Positions 51,234 through 62,490 of a DNA stretch of 64,000 bases are shown one piece after another. Below the pieces are notes generated by a model. The model was not told the DNA's origin. It did no database searches and saw only the letters and a program-made list of their open reading frames with translations. The stretch comes from Candidatus Oxydemutatoraceae bacterium (lineage in GTDB: Bacteria > Pseudomonadota > Gammaproteobacteria > Poriferisulfidales > Oxydemutatoraceae). The translations under genes were made by a program, and so were the position numbers. Location of the stretch: the NCBI GenBank assembly GCA_965237985.1, contig OZ250161.1, positions 1,615,012-1,679,011 on the forward strand, read 5' to 3'. Every line of letters begins with the position of its first letter. The stretch's first letter is position 1.

Positions 51234-51653
51234 ATGCAGACCATAGCAGTGCGCATAGTCAGCCAGAAGGGCGAGGTTTACAACGGTAAGGCAAACATAG
51301 TCAGCGCCGATGCCCACGACGGCGGAGTCGGGATATACCCTGGGCACGCCCCGTTCCTGACCTTGCTCCGACCAGGAGAAGTCAAAGTGCAGGTCGAAGG
51401 AAAAGAAGACCTGCGCTTTTTCGTGGCCGGTGGCATGCTCGAGGTTCAGCCCGACTTGGTGACAGTTCTGGCAGACACCATTGAGCGTAGCGAAGACCTG
51501 GACGAAGACCGCGCCGAAGCGGCAAAGAAACAGGCAGAAGCGCTGGCGCACAAAGGCGATCTAAGCCCTGAGGACAGAGCCAGAGCCATCGAACAACTCA
51601 CCGAAGCGGTTGCCCGCCTGCACATGATCGAAGAACTCCAGAAACGGCACTAA
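51234..51653 (+). CDS. atpC: ATP synthase F1 subunit epsilon
   Basis: N-terminal beta-sandwich ('VVSAD...GILPGHAP') plus C-terminal helical hairpin. 139 aa. Confidence 0.9.
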   Translation: MQTIAVRIVSQKGEVYNGKANIVSADAHDGGVGIYPGHAPFLTLLRPGEVKVQVEGKEDLRFFVAGGMLEVQPDLVTVLADTIERSEDLDEDRAEAAKKQAEALAHKGDLSPEDRARAIEQLTEAVARLHMIEELQKRH

Positions 51654-51659
51654 CACTAA

Positions 51660-52140
51660 CCCCACCCAAGACCCGCCATGCTCGAGGTTCAGCCCGACTT
51701 GGTGACGGTTCTGGCAGACACCGTTGAGCGTAGCGAAGACCTGGACAAAGACCGCGCCGAAGCGGCAAAGAAACAGGCAGAAGCGCTGGCGCACAAAGGC
51801 GATCTAAGCCCTGAGGCCAGAGCCAGAGCCATCGAACAACTCACCGAAGCCGTTGCCCGCCTGCACATAGATCGAAGAACTCCAGAAACGGCACTGACCC
51901 CACCCAAGACCCGCCATGCTCGAAGTTCAGCCCGACTTGGTGACGGTTCTGGCAGACACCGTTGAGCGTAGCGAAGACCTGGACAAAGATCGTGCCGAAG
52001 CGGCAAAGAAGCAGGCAGAAGCGCTGGCGCACAAAGGCGATCTAAGCCCTGAGGACAGAGCCAGAGCCATCGAACAACTCACCGAAGCCGTTGCCCGCCT
52101 GCACATAGATCGAAGAACTCCAGAAACGGCACTAACACTA
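51660..52140. repeat. Two additional ~238-bp tandem copies of the atpC 3' end, immediately downstream of atpC
   Basis: 'ccatgctcga.gttcagcccgacttggtgac.gttctggcagacacc' occurs at 51425 (in the gene), 51677 and 51915. The copies yield the pseudo-ORFs 51678..51965 and 51916..52266 ('MLEVQPDLVTVLADTVERSEDLD...'). Confidence 0.9.
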
Positions 52141-52604
52141 ACCCCACCCAAGACCTGTAAAGCACCAACAGCCCGCTGTCCGCACAACCCCTTCCCCGCG
52201 CGGCTCACTTTTACAGACAACACTCCCAACCTACAACGCGCCACCAGAAAATTCCCCAAAATCTAAAGCAAAGTGAGCGTATCCCCCGCCAAAGCCAGTC
52301 CGGGCCGTGGCAGGGGCTAATAAATCTGTCAGATGAGGAGGATGCCAGAGGCTGCCGATGCTGAGGAGGATGCCAGAGGCTGCCGATGCTAGAGACCGCT
52401 CCTGACAAAAATCGCCTTTCGGATTCTTTCAAATGTCACCTGATAGAGCTGCGGATTTTCCAGGTGCGTTGGTGTTGAGAAGCACGGACTGTGGTGTAGA
52501 GATGAGAGGTGATAAAAAAGGATTTCGTGTTGATAAATTGCAGATACAAAACACCTCAGCGGCATGTTTTTGGAAACCATTTTGGAATTCTTCCGATCAA
52601 CGTG

Positions 52605-52642
52605 AAAAAACCCTGTTCAAGAGGGAGAACAGGGTCTTTTCG
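52605..52642 (+). terminator. Rho-independent terminator-like hairpin (A-tract on the 5' side, so possibly bidirectional)
   Basis: 'aaaaaaCCCTGTTCaagagggaGAACAGGGtcttttcg': 8-bp GC-rich stem, 8-nt loop, T-run. It lies between the atp operon repeats and the type I RM cassette. Confidence 0.6.
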
Positions 52643-52852
52643 TGGGTAATGTCCGAGGGATATCCGAGCGACCTGGAATACACTTCGATACCGGCAGCGG
52701 TACTTATCCGATGTGTCAGACGAACATGAACTTTCGATCTGTATCGTTGGTGTTTTCACGGTGGGTGCAAAATCCGCAGATTAGTGACTAACAACCAAAA
52801 TCCTCGTATACTCCGGAACACATCATCGGGGGTTGCATATTTTGGCAAGAAA

Positions 52853-54574
52853 ATGGCGGAAAAACTAACTCTCCAACAACTCGAGTCCTTTCTCTGGGAA
52901 ACCGCAGACATTCTCCGTGGCAACATGGATGCGTCTGAGTTCAAGGACTACATCTTCGGCATGATGTTCCTGAAACGTCTCTCGGACTCGTTTGAGGAAG
53001 AGCAAGAAAAAGTCATTCAGTACTACGTCTCGTCAGGAAAGTCACGGAAGCAAGCAGAGCAACTCGCATCTGACGAGGATGAGTACGACAAAACGTTCTT
53101 TGTTCCCGAACCTGCGCGATGGCACCAACTCAAGGATCTCAAGCACGACATTGGTGCAGAACTGAACAAGGCGACAGAGACGATCGAGGAACACAACTCA
53201 AGTCTCGAAGGGGTGTTGGTTTCCGTCGACTTCAACATCAAGAACAAACTCTCAGACAAGAAACTTCAGGATCTCCTGTCTCATTTTTCTCGTCATCGAC
53301 TGAGGAATGAGGATTTCGAGAACCCCGACCTGATGGGAGGGGCATACGAATACCTCATCAAGCAGTTTGCAGACTCGGCGGGAAAGAAGGGTGGAGAGTT
53401 CTATACCCCGAGTGAAGTGGTGAAACTTCTGGTATCCCTCCTCAAACCTCGTGCGGGTATGAAGATATATGATCCAACGGTTGGTTCCGGTGGAATGTTA
53501 GTGACCACCAGGCACTACCTCATCGATCACGGAGAGGATAAGTCCAACCTGTCCCTGTATGGTCAGGAGATGAACCTGAACACGTGGGCGATCTGCAAGA
53601 TGAACATGTTCCTACATGGCGTGTTCAACGCAGATATACGCAAAGGTGACACTCTGAGAGATCCTCAGCACATCTCAGGTGGTGAGTTGCAGGTATTTGA
53701 TCGGGTGATCGCAAATCCACCGTTCTCTCTGAAGAAATGGGGGAAAGATGAAGCAGATAACGATGCGTATGGACGGTTTCCCTACGGAACACCTCCCAAG
53801 GGTGCAGGAGATCTTGCATTCATTCAGCATATGATTGCATCTCTGAACGCAGAGGGAGTGATGGGGGTGGTGGTTCCTCACGGCGTTCTGTTCCGTGGAG
53901 CGAGTGAGAAGGAAATTCGCAAGGGTATTCTTGAGGATGATCTACTCGAGGGAGTGGTTGGACTACCCTCGGGACTGTTCTACGGCACAGGAATTCCTGC
54001 TGCACTCCTGATCATTAACAAAAACAAACCCTCAGATCGAAAAGGGAAGGTATTCTTCATTAACGGTGAACTGGAGTTTGAAGAAGGTAAAAACCAGAAC
54101 AAACTCCGTGAGGAGGATATTCAGAGAATTCTCGCGACCTTCGATGGTTACGAGGACGAGAAGCGATACGCGAAGATCGTTTCCATCGAGGAGATCCGTA
54201 AGAACGACTACAACCTGAACATTCGCAGGTATGCAGACACTTCACCCCCACCAGAACAATTTGATGTCCGTGCGATCCTTCACGGTGGAATTCCCATCAG
54301 TGAGGTGGGGGACGAATATGTTCAGGAAACCCTGCAGGGAATGGATGTCGGTAGTGTGTTCGTTCGCAGGGACAACGAATACTACGAGTTCAAACCTGAG
54401 ATTGAGTCCAAGGAACAGATACGTGAGTTCCTGAACACGGATGAGCAGTCAACCATCAACCAATTCGAGAGGTGGTGGGACAAGTATCGTGTCTCCCTGC
54501 ACGAACTGGATGCAGAGGTGAAACAGTCGGAAGAAGTGATGTGGGGTTATCTGAAGGAAATTGGATATGAGTGA
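52853..54574 (+). CDS. hsdM: Type I restriction-modification system, methyltransferase subunit
   Basis: HsdM_N ('[32 protein letters not shown]'), motif I '[12 protein letters not shown]', motif IV 'IANPPF'. I took the start at 'MAEKL', Met 24 of the ORF. Confidence 0.9.
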   Translation: MAEKLTLQQLESFLWETADILRGNMDASEFKDYIFGMMFLKRLSDSFEEEQEKVIQYYVSSGKSRKQAEQLASDEDEYDKTFFVPEPARWHQLKDLKHDIGAELNKATETIEEHNSSLEGVLVSVDFNIKNKLSDKKLQDLLSHFSRHRLRNEDFENPDLMGGAYEYLIKQFADSAGKKGGEFYTPSEVVKLLVSLLKPRAGMKIYDPTVGSGGMLVTTRHYLIDHGEDKSNLSLYGQEMNLNTWAICKMNMFLHGVFNADIRKGDTLRDPQHISGGELQVFDRVIANPPFSLKKWGKDEADNDAYGRFPYGTPPKGAGDLAFIQHMIASLNAEGVMGVVVPHGVLFRGASEKEIRKGILEDDLLEGVVGLPSGLFYGTGIPAALLIINKNKPSDRKGKVFFINGELEFEEGKNQNKLREEDIQRILATFDGYEDEKRYAKIVSIEEIRKNDYNLNIRRYADTSPPPEQFDVRAILHGGIPISEVGDEYVQETLQGMDVGSVFVRRDNEYYEFKPEIESKEQIREFLNTDEQSTINQFERWWDKYRVSLHELDAEVKQSEEVMWGYLKEIGYE

Positions 54575-55967
54575 TATCAGAACGGAAAAATCTTTTGAAA
54601 AGAGAAAACTTAAAGATATTTCTTCCATCAAACCCGGCATAAATGTTCCCGCGGAGATGAAAGGAACGATGAACGAGTTGTTGACCAAAGGGATCGGTCA
54701 CACAGAGTTCAAGGACAGTGAGTTGGGGAGAGTTCCTGAGGGTTGGGAGGAAATTACTCTAGAAACTTTAGTTTCAGTCGATAGCGATTCCTTGAAAGGA
54801 AATACAGACGCCAATTATAGGTTCAAATATATTGATATTTCGTGTGTCTCGACTGGAAAAGTGATGCCACCCGCCGAGAAAATTTTGTTTAAGGACGCAC
54901 CAAGCAGGGCAAAACGAGTTGTAAAGCGCGGCGATGTTTTAGTTGCCACAGTTCGCCCAAATTTAAAGGCATTCGCCCACTTTGATGAAGAGGGTGATGG
55001 TTGGGTGGCATCAACTGGTTTCGCAGTCCTTCGGCATAAGGAAAACTCTGATAGTCGGTTTATTTACAATATTATGCTGTCGGATGATGTCAGCAGGCAA
55101 ATAGATAGACTTGTTGCAGGGTCAAATTACCCAGCAATAAGTTCGTCTGATGTTAAAGAGTTAACTTTATTGTCCCCACCCCTCTCAGAACAAAAGAAAA
55201 TCGCATCCATTCTCACCTCCGTTGATGAGGTGATTGAGGAAACCCAATCGCAAATCGACAAACTCCAAGATCTGAAAAGAGGAACGATGAACGAGTTGCT
55301 GACCAAAGGGATTGGTCACACAGAGTTCAAAGACAGTGAGTTGGGGAGAATTCCGAAGAGTTGGGAAATTACCTCAATTTCCGAAATCACGAGTGATAAT
55401 TCCCTATTCTCTGACGGTGATTGGGTTGAAAGCAAAGATCAAGACCCGGGGGGGGCAAATAGACTTATCCAACTCGCAGATATTGGTGACGGAAGTTTTA
55501 TCGACAAATCCGTAAGGTTTATGAACGATGAGCAGTTCCGCCGCTTGAATTGCACCGCTCTTATGAAGGACGACATATTGGTTGCAAGAATGCCTGAACC
55601 GCTCGGGCGTGCATGTCTTTTCCAGAATACAAAACAAGACTGTGCAACTGTTGTCGATGTGGCGATCATCCGAACGCCGAACACGAATCCATATTGGTTA
55701 ATGTCAGTTATTAACTCTGCAAATTTCAGACGGAAAATTGAAATTAATGCGCGCGGTACAACTAGGACACGGATTAGTCGTTCTGCATTGTCAGATATAA
55801 AAATAAATCTCCCCTCCCTCTCAGAACAAAAGAAAATCGCATCCATTCTCACCTCCGTTGATGAGGTGATTGAGAAAATCCAATCGCAAATCGACAAACT
55901 CAAATCCCTCAAAAAATCCCTCATGCAGGATCTCCTGACGGGTAAAGTCAGAGTGTCGGTGAACTGA
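54561..55967 (+). CDS. hsdS: Type I restriction-modification system, specificity subunit with two TRDs
   Basis: Duplicated conserved spacer '[23 protein letters not shown]' (twice), '[19 protein letters not shown]' (twice), and C-terminal '[16 protein letters not shown]'. Confidence 0.9.
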   Translation: MDMSDIRTEKSFEKRKLKDISSIKPGINVPAEMKGTMNELLTKGIGHTEFKDSELGRVPEGWEEITLETLVSVDSDSLKGNTDANYRFKYIDISCVSTGKVMPPAEKILFKDAPSRAKRVVKRGDVLVATVRPNLKAFAHFDEEGDGWVASTGFAVLRHKENSDSRFIYNIMLSDDVSRQIDRLVAGSNYPAISSSDVKELTLLSPPLSEQKKIASILTSVDEVIEETQSQIDKLQDLKRGTMNELLTKGIGHTEFKDSELGRIPKSWEITSISEITSDNSLFSDGDWVESKDQDPGGANRLIQLADIGDGSFIDKSVRFMNDEQFRRLNCTALMKDDILVARMPEPLGRACLFQNTKQDCATVVDVAIIRTPNTNPYWLMSVINSANFRRKIEINARGTTRTRISRSALSDIKINLPSLSEQKKIASILTSVDEVIEKIQSQIDKLKSLKKSLMQDLLTGKVRVSVN

Positions 55968-55968
55968 C

Positions 55969-58950
55969 ATGTCCTCCGATGAATTCGACAAGGTAGAACT
56001 CCCTGCACTGGAACAACTCCAGTCACTGGGATGGTCATACCTTGAGGGTTCCCAACTTTCTCCCGATGAGTCGGATGCACGCACCTCCTACAAGGACGTG
56101 GTTCTCGAAAACCGTCTTGAGAAAGCGATCCAACGTATCAATCCGTGGATCAGCGATGACAACCTGCGCAGGGTGATCAGTGAATTCACCAGAGCGCAGT
56201 TTCCGAACCTGATCGAGGCGAACCAGTCTGTCTGGAACACCCTCACGCAATACACCTCGGTCATGCAGGATGTGGGTAAGGGTAACCGAGGACAGACGGT
56301 CAAGGTCATCGACTTCGACACCCCTGAGAACAACGAGTTCCTCTGCACCAACCAATTCAAAGTCTCAGGGGTGAACCAGACAATCATTCCTGACATCATC
56401 CTGTTCGTGAATGGACTTCCTCTCGCAGTGATGGAGTGCAAATCCCCCTACATCACCAATCCCATGGAATCTGGGATTGGTCAGTTGATGCGGTACGCAA
56501 ACCGCAGAAACCTGCAAGACGATGAAGGTGCAGAGAAACTCTTTCACTACAACCAACTGATGGTTTCGACCCATCTGGACAAGGCGAGAGTGGGAACTAT
56601 CACTGCAAGAATGGAACACTTTCTGGAGTGGAAGGATCCCTATCCCCTGTCGGTTGCAGACATCGGGGCAAACCCCCAATCACAGGATATTCTGATCTCG
56701 GGAATGTTCAGCAAGACGAACTTCCTTGATCTCATTCAGAATTTCACGGTGTTTGAACCTGCCGATGGACGCACCGTGAAGAAGATCGCACGATATCAGC
56801 AATTCCGTGCAGTCCACAAATCCATTGAACGCATCCAATCGGGAACCGATCGCAAGAGCAAAAGCGGAGTTATTTGGCACACGCAGGGATCTGGCAAGTC
56901 CCTGACGATGGTTTACTTGGTACTCAAAATCCGACGAGACGAAGCACTGAGGGGCTACAAACTCGTTTTCATTACCGATCGTACGCAACTGGACAACCAA
57001 CTCACCGCAACCTTTCAGAATACGCAGAACGAAACGGTGCACCGTGCGGACTCCATCCGTGATCTGAAGGGTCTTCTACAGAAGGATTCATCCGATATCG
57101 TGATGGCAATGGTGCAGAAGTTTCAGGTGAGTGCGAAAGAACTGGAGTTTCCTGTTTTGAATAAGTCCAAGAAGATCATTGTTCTCGCAGACGAGGCACA
57201 CAGAACCCAATATGGAACTCTGGGTGCAGCACTCAACGTGGGACTCCCGCAGGCACCCAAGATTGCGTTCACTGGAACCCCTCTCATCAAATCTGAAAAA
57301 ACCACCAACGAATTTGGTTCCTATATCGACACCTACACCATCGAGCAGTCGGTTGAGGACGGAGCGACTATCCCAATTCTCTATGAGGGACGCGAAGCAA
57401 GGGTGAACGTCACAGGAGACTCTCTCGATGGTCTGTTCGATGAGTATTTTGCAGATAAGACGGAGGAAGAAAAATCTGCAATTAGACGCAAATACGGCAC
57501 CACGAAAGCAGTTCTCGAGGCACCCCAGCGTATTCGCAGGGTTTGCATCGATATTCTCAAGCACTACCGCGAATTCATTCAGCCCAATGGGTTCAAGGCG
57601 ATGATTGTCACCTCATCGCGGAGTGCGGCAATCACCTACAAGGAAATGATGGATGAACTGGAGGCACCAGGGTCCGCAGTCATCATCTCAGGTAATCACA
57701 ATGACGAGGAACGATTTCGGCAATACACGGACGGCACCAAACAGAAGAACCAGATATTGGATTTCAAGAAACCTCTGGGTTCCGATGAGGGACAGTCCAA
57801 TCTCTCGTTCCTGATCGTCAGGGACATGTTGTTGACGGGTTTCGACGCACCCATCGCGCAGGTGATGTATCTCGACAATAAACTTACCGATCACAACCTT
57901 TTGCAGGCGATTGCGCGTGTCAATCGAACCAATAGAAACAAGTTTCGTGGGTATATCGTCGACTATTATGGATTGAGCGATTACCTGACGGAAGCATTGG
58001 AGATGTTCTCGACGGAGGATGTGGAAGGTGCGTTGCGAGATCTCAAAGACGAGATACCAAGACTGCAGAACGCACACACGCGAGTGATGCAGTGCTTCAT
58101 GGGCATGGATCTGGACGATCTCGATGAATGCATTTTCTCTCTCGAGGATGAAGTCCGACGACAGCAGTTTCAGTTAGATTTTCGAAAATTCTCCCAGCAG
58201 ATGGACGTGGTTTTACCTGCTCCAGCAGCAAGCCCGTTTGTGTCGGATTTGAGAAGACTGGGGAAAATATCTCATGGAGCACGGAACCGCTTCAGAGATG
58301 AGCAACTCTTTATCGCAGGAGCAGGCGAGAAGGTTCGCAAACTGATAGAGGATCACATCTATTCGACAGGGGTGGATCCTAAAATCGACCCCGTTTATCT
58401 CCTGGCAGCGGATTTCAAAGAAAAATTGAACCAGCACAAATCCAGCAGGGCGAAAGCATCCGAGATCGAGAATGCGATCAAGCATCACATAAAGATCAAA
58501 CTCGAGGATGATCCCGAATTCTACAAATCTCTCTCCGAGAAATTAGAGTCCATCATTCGGAAGCACGAAGAGAAGTGGGGTGAGTTGGTTCAATCACTCA
58601 TGGATTTTCGTGGCACCATCGAGGAAGGACCAGAAGCAAGGGCAAAAGAACTCGGCCTGACGGAAACGGAGTTCGCGTTTCACAACATCCTGAAGGCAGA
58701 AGTCACCAAGGCCGAAGGTGTGGAGACAATCGACGAGGGCATGCATCAGAAGGTGAAGGATGTCTCCCGGAAACTCGTCGCAATGATGGACGAAGCAACG
58801 AAGATCGTTGATTTCTTCGAGAAATGGGACGAGCGAAGGAGAGTGCGTCGGGATATCAAACGCGCAATCATCGCAGAGTTTGATGATGTCAGTTTGGTGA
58901 AACCGATCACTGACAGGTTCATGGAACTGGCAGAGCGAAAGTTCCGATGA
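55969..58950 (+). CDS. hsdR: Type I restriction-modification system, restriction subunit (helicase/endonuclease)
   Basis: 993 aa. N-terminal HsdR_N, SF2 helicase motifs ('HTQGSGKSLTM' Walker A, 'VLADEAHRTQ' DEAH box). Confidence 0.9.
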   Translation: MSSDEFDKVELPALEQLQSLGWSYLEGSQLSPDESDARTSYKDVVLENRLEKAIQRINPWISDDNLRRVISEFTRAQFPNLIEANQSVWNTLTQYTSVMQDVGKGNRGQTVKVIDFDTPENNEFLCTNQFKVSGVNQTIIPDIILFVNGLPLAVMECKSPYITNPMESGIGQLMRYANRRNLQDDEGAEKLFHYNQLMVSTHLDKARVGTITARMEHFLEWKDPYPLSVADIGANPQSQDILISGMFSKTNFLDLIQNFTVFEPADGRTVKKIARYQQFRAVHKSIERIQSGTDRKSKSGVIWHTQGSGKSLTMVYLVLKIRRDEALRGYKLVFITDRTQLDNQLTATFQNTQNETVHRADSIRDLKGLLQKDSSDIVMAMVQKFQVSAKELEFPVLNKSKKIIVLADEAHRTQYGTLGAALNVGLPQAPKIAFTGTPLIKSEKTTNEFGSYIDTYTIEQSVEDGATIPILYEGREARVNVTGDSLDGLFDEYFADKTEEEKSAIRRKYGTTKAVLEAPQRIRRVCIDILKHYREFIQPNGFKAMIVTSSRSAAITYKEMMDELEAPGSAVIISGNHNDEERFRQYTDGTKQKNQILDFKKPLGSDEGQSNLSFLIVRDMLLTGFDAPIAQVMYLDNKLTDHNLLQAIARVNRTNRNKFRGYIVDYYGLSDYLTEALEMFSTEDVEGALRDLKDEIPRLQNAHTRVMQCFMGMDLDDLDECIFSLEDEVRRQQFQLDFRKFSQQMDVVLPAPAASPFVSDLRRLGKISHGARNRFRDEQLFIAGAGEKVRKLIEDHIYSTGVDPKIDPVYLLAADFKEKLNQHKSSRAKASEIENAIKHHIKIKLEDDPEFYKSLSEKLESIIRKHEEKWGELVQSLMDFRGTIEEGPEARAKELGLTETEFAFHNILKAEVTKAEGVETIDEGMHQKVKDVSRKLVAMMDEATKIVDFFEKWDERRRVRRDIKRAIIAEFDDVSLVKPITDRFMELAERKFR

Positions 58951-59642
58951 ACCCAGAATTCGATAAGGATTTATCGATCGAGGTGGTTCGCACGAATAGG
59001 AAGAAGACTGCGTCCATCAAGATAGTCGATGGATCCGTTCAGGTGATCGTTCCCCGAAAACTCTCGAATGCGAGGGTTGCGGAACTCATTGAGAAACGAA
59101 CTCCGTGGATACGGCAGAAACTCCGTCAGCAGTCGGAAACGGTGGTCCTAAAACCCAAGGAATACGTGAGTGGAGAGAGTTTCACCCATCTGGGGCGGAA
59201 CTATCGTCTCAAACTTGTATCCGGTGGTTTGCGTGAGGTCAGACTCAAAGGTGGATACCTCGAACTTGGCGTCTCCAAGGGAACCAAGGATGGGGATATC
59301 CGAAATGCGTTGGTTCGTTGGTATGAGGAACACGCAATTGAGCGACTGACTGAGAAAACTGTGCGATATGCAAAGATTATGGATGTCGCACCTAACTCGA
59401 TCGTTGCGAGAGACTACAAATCACGATGGGGATCATGTTCCCCGCAGGGTGATATTTCCTACAACTGGAGGATCATCATCGCACCGCATCACATCGTGGA
59501 CTACGTGGTGGTTCATGAACTCTGTCATATGCAGCATCCAAACCACTCACCCGCATACTGGAATTCTGTAAAGCGAGTGATGCTCGACTACAAAGAGTCA
59601 CGGCAGTGGTTGAAGGATCATAGTGCGAGTTTGATTATTTGA
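58947..59642 (+). CDS. DUF45/YgjP-like M48-family metal-dependent hydrolase, commonly linked to type I RM operons
   Basis: C-terminal 'VVVHELCHMQHPNHSPAYW' HExxH motif. 231 aa. ATGA overlap with hsdR. Confidence 0.8.
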   Translation: MNPEFDKDLSIEVVRTNRKKTASIKIVDGSVQVIVPRKLSNARVAELIEKRTPWIRQKLRQQSETVVLKPKEYVSGESFTHLGRNYRLKLVSGGLREVRLKGGYLELGVSKGTKDGDIRNALVRWYEEHAIERLTEKTVRYAKIMDVAPNSIVARDYKSRWGSCSPQGDISYNWRIIIAPHHIVDYVVVHELCHMQHPNHSPAYWNSVKRVMLDYKESRQWLKDHSASLII

Positions 59643-59643
59643 T

Positions 59644-60006
59644 TTACTTCTGATTCTTCAGAATGATGTCCCGCACGTTTTTTGAGTAACCCTGAACATA
59701 GTTGTCGAAGTTCATAAAGACGTTGGTGGGGTCACTCTTAATCCGGGATAGGTCGAACTTTGATGTATTGAAGAAGGAAAGACCAACCTGTCTCAGGATC
59801 ACTGGAGAAGGATCAGAGAGTTGATCTTTGAATTTGTCGTAAAGTTCATACACCTCATCCTTCTGGGGTGCCAGGACACAATCCAGACGCCTCATGACCA
59901 CGAACGGAAGAATGACTCGACCGTATTCACTGGGTTTGAAGAGACCACGAAGGACGTCATCTGCTGACGACCAGATCAAGGATGACAGGCTGCTTGTACT
60001 GTTCAA
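59644..60006 (-). pseudogene. Truncated N-terminal fragment (120 aa) of a second HsdM/PglX-type N6-adenine methyltransferase, an HsdM_N domain only
   Basis: 'IWSSADDVLRGLFKPSEYGRVILPFVVMRRLDCVL...YNTSKFDL...FMNFDNYVQGYSKNVRDI' matches the HsdM N-terminal domain. The frame ends 2 nt from the end of the DUF45 gene, with no catalytic domain. Confidence 0.6.
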
Positions 60007-60093
60007 AAGATTGATTTCCCGACAAAAAGATTGAAAAGAACCGGATATTCCTGAATTATCAACGACGGCTAGGGGGTGTCCATGAAACGAAAA

Positions 60094-62490
60094 TCATTCC
60101 ACAGTGACGGATTTCGCCAGGTTACGGGGTTTGTCGACGTCGGTGCCTTTCAGCATGGCAGGGTAGGCGTTCACGAGTTCTTGTAGGCAAGCGCGAGTGG
60201 ACTGAACGGTCCCTTCTATGTTGTGTTCGGAAAACTCCTCTGTATTACCTAAGGCAAATTTCGGCAGGTCGTCAAACAGAAATCTGTATGGATCAGATGC
60301 GGATGAAACAATCCCACGAAGTTTTTGTGCGTCCCGACTTATGGTGGTGGTTCTCTGGGTCCAGACTGGCAGGCTGGTAACGACAGAAACCAAAATTCTG
60401 GCGACTTCAAGAGGAGTACCTTTCTCGTTGGCTTCAGCACCATAATATTCAGCCATAAAGTCTTGTATGCCCGCCAAAACCAGGGACCGAACTCTGTCAA
60501 GATTCATCCGGCGTATTTGGACCGCTTCAGGTTCTTGATGCATCCGATCAACAAACCATTCATCCAAGTATGGTCGGAATGTTCCATCCAGGTAGAGTGC
60601 CAATCGCTCCGTGCGAGACAACAGGTATGCAAGAGCCAGTACTGGTAACAATCCGGCACGAACACCATATGGTGCATCCGACCAAACGTCGAAAATATTG
60701 GCCAAAGATATTGGTTCAATTTTCGCGTCCTTTAGTAGCCTGTCGGCTGCTAGCCATAAATTTTTAAGGTTACACGGATCTTTGTCAGCTGGTTCTTGGA
60801 ATGCAAATCGGTTTCTTTCTTTATCGGTTGTTCGATACAAATTTGTCGCTTCCAGCACGCTTGTGAATAAGCCGGCCTCGGCAGGGAACCCGGTGAATCC
60901 TAATCGTTCTCTACCGTGTTCTTTGACCATTGCGCGCATCAGCAGACGGCGAGCCGCCACAGCAGTGCTTGACGGTTTGGCGCGGTTCAGCAACTCATTA
61001 CATATTCGTGGGGCGTATGGGTAGGTTTTTTCAGCAAGATCAGAAACGTAACGATGGATTGCCGCCAAGCCATTCAGTTTGATTTTGTGCCCTTCGCTGT
61101 ACCAAGAGGACACGGACAGGAAGGCATCATTCAGTGCGAATTCCAGTTTATGTCTGGTGGCATCAAGGCGTGTTTCGACTTCAAGTCGTGCTATGGCATC
61201 GCCACTCAATTCCGGACGCTTGCTACGAATTTGCTCCAGCACGGCAAGCTCTTGCATTAAATCAAGGAGCATGTTGCCGTTCGGAGCAAGCCCCGCCGTC
61301 ATATTCTTGTTTTTGTACTTTGAAACTTTGCAGAGTAACGCTATCGCTTCACGCTCCGACACATCCTTGGATGGAAGTGCGACGACGAAGATGCCGAATG
61401 ATCCCGTGTTTGGCTGGAACGTCTTCGCACGTGTATCAACTTTGTCTATCGTGAGGACATCGACATCAACCCAGCGCATTGCGCCTGTTTTATGGTAATG
61501 GCGTTTCGCCATGATTGGCCGTAGTGCTGCCAGTTTCTGAATAGTCGCAGAATCCAGGGCTATGGTTTGGTTGAGCTCTCTATCAATAGCCGCATCAATT
61601 TCAAAGTCGCTACCGGCATGTATAGCGAAGGCTGACAAGTGCCGCCGGTAGACAACGATGGACCACCGCATCAAATCCTTGAGCACCTTGTTGCGTGTGG
61701 TTCGTGCAATGGTAGGGGTGGCGATGTCCAATACTTCCCGTGAGGCATAAAACCCCGTGCGTTCTCGAAACAAGTCGATGAGGGCAATGGTTTTGGCTAT
61801 CACCAAATGGTCAGTCCTGCCACCGCGAGACTCGCAACGTTCGAAGGCTTCAAGTGCGGTTGACCAACGATGGCAGTCAGGGGATGCCAAAATAGATGGC
61901 TCGAAATTATCGTGCAAATAATCCCACAGCATTGCTGGTAAATAGGTATTTTCTTTAGTAGCTTGTCTTAGGAAATGCTGAAACGCATGAGGTTCCGAGG
62001 AATTCAAGAAACTAAAAATGCTACGCTGGTTCTGCCCAAATCGGCGACGAAAACATGGGCCAAGCAAGCAGGCAGTGACCGGATTAAGGGGCCAGCATCC
62101 TGCTAAATATACGCTCAGGTTCTTGTCGGTCGTGCCCTTGTTGTTATTGATGAGATTCGCGAGAGCACACGCTGCCGCCGGCGCTGTTTTCGGAGGCTTC
62201 TGTGTTTCAATGGAGCGGGCTAACAGGGCTAACTGCTCATTGGCGGTACTCGCCAGTGGCATATCTAGAAATCGGCCTTGCACCTTCATCCACTTGTCCT
62301 GGGTTTGGCGCGCCATGCGATTGGTATATTCGGCAAAGGCTTGGTGCAGGATCCCGACGACAATCAAGCGCCGATCACTACGTGAGGCAATTTCTGCGAG
62401 TTCCTGCAGAAAGTGAAGATCACCATTACCTTGTCCTGTTTCCTCAAGAATCTTGCCCATTTCATCAATAAAGATAATGGGTCCTGACAA
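60094..62490 (-). CDS. Large P-loop NTPase-like protein whose N-terminus is replaced by an IS1595 insertion; possible BrxC/PglY-like or other defence ATPase
   Basis: About 800 aa continuing in frame from the IS transposase remnant. Walker B-like 'IIFIDEMGK' immediately after the junction, then a long helical region. No Walker A remains. The family assignment is speculative. Confidence 0.45.
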   Translation of the reverse strand: MSGPIIFIDEMGKILEETGQGNGDLHFLQELAEIASRSDRRLIVVGILHQAFAEYTNRMARQTQDKWMKVQGRFLDMPLASTANEQLALLARSIETQKPPKTAPAAACALANLINNNKGTTDKNLSVYLAGCWPLNPVTACLLGPCFRRRFGQNQRSIFSFLNSSEPHAFQHFLRQATKENTYLPAMLWDYLHDNFEPSILASPDCHRWSTALEAFERCESRGGRTDHLVIAKTIALIDLFRERTGFYASREVLDIATPTIARTTRNKVLKDLMRWSIVVYRRHLSAFAIHAGSDFEIDAAIDRELNQTIALDSATIQKLAALRPIMAKRHYHKTGAMRWVDVDVLTIDKVDTRAKTFQPNTGSFGIFVVALPSKDVSEREAIALLCKVSKYKNKNMTAGLAPNGNMLLDLMQELAVLEQIRSKRPELSGDAIARLEVETRLDATRHKLEFALNDAFLSVSSWYSEGHKIKLNGLAAIHRYVSDLAEKTYPYAPRICNELLNRAKPSSTAVAARRLLMRAMVKEHGRERLGFTGFPAEAGLFTSVLEATNLYRTTDKERNRFAFQEPADKDPCNLKNLWLAADRLLKDAKIEPISLANIFDVWSDAPYGVRAGLLPVLALAYLLSRTERLALYLDGTFRPYLDEWFVDRMHQEPEAVQIRRMNLDRVRSLVLAGIQDFMAEYYGAEANEKGTPLEVARILVSVVTSLPVWTQRTTTISRDAQKLRGIVSSASDPYRFLFDDLPKFALGNTEEFSEHNIEGTVQSTRACLQELVNAYPAMLKGTDVDKPRNLAKSVTVE

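Noticed and set aside
52250-52400. 24-bp direct duplicate 'gaggaggatgccagaggctgccgatgct' as a possible regulatory repeat
   Set aside because: Only two copies, with no obvious associated gene. Probably a minor slippage duplication.
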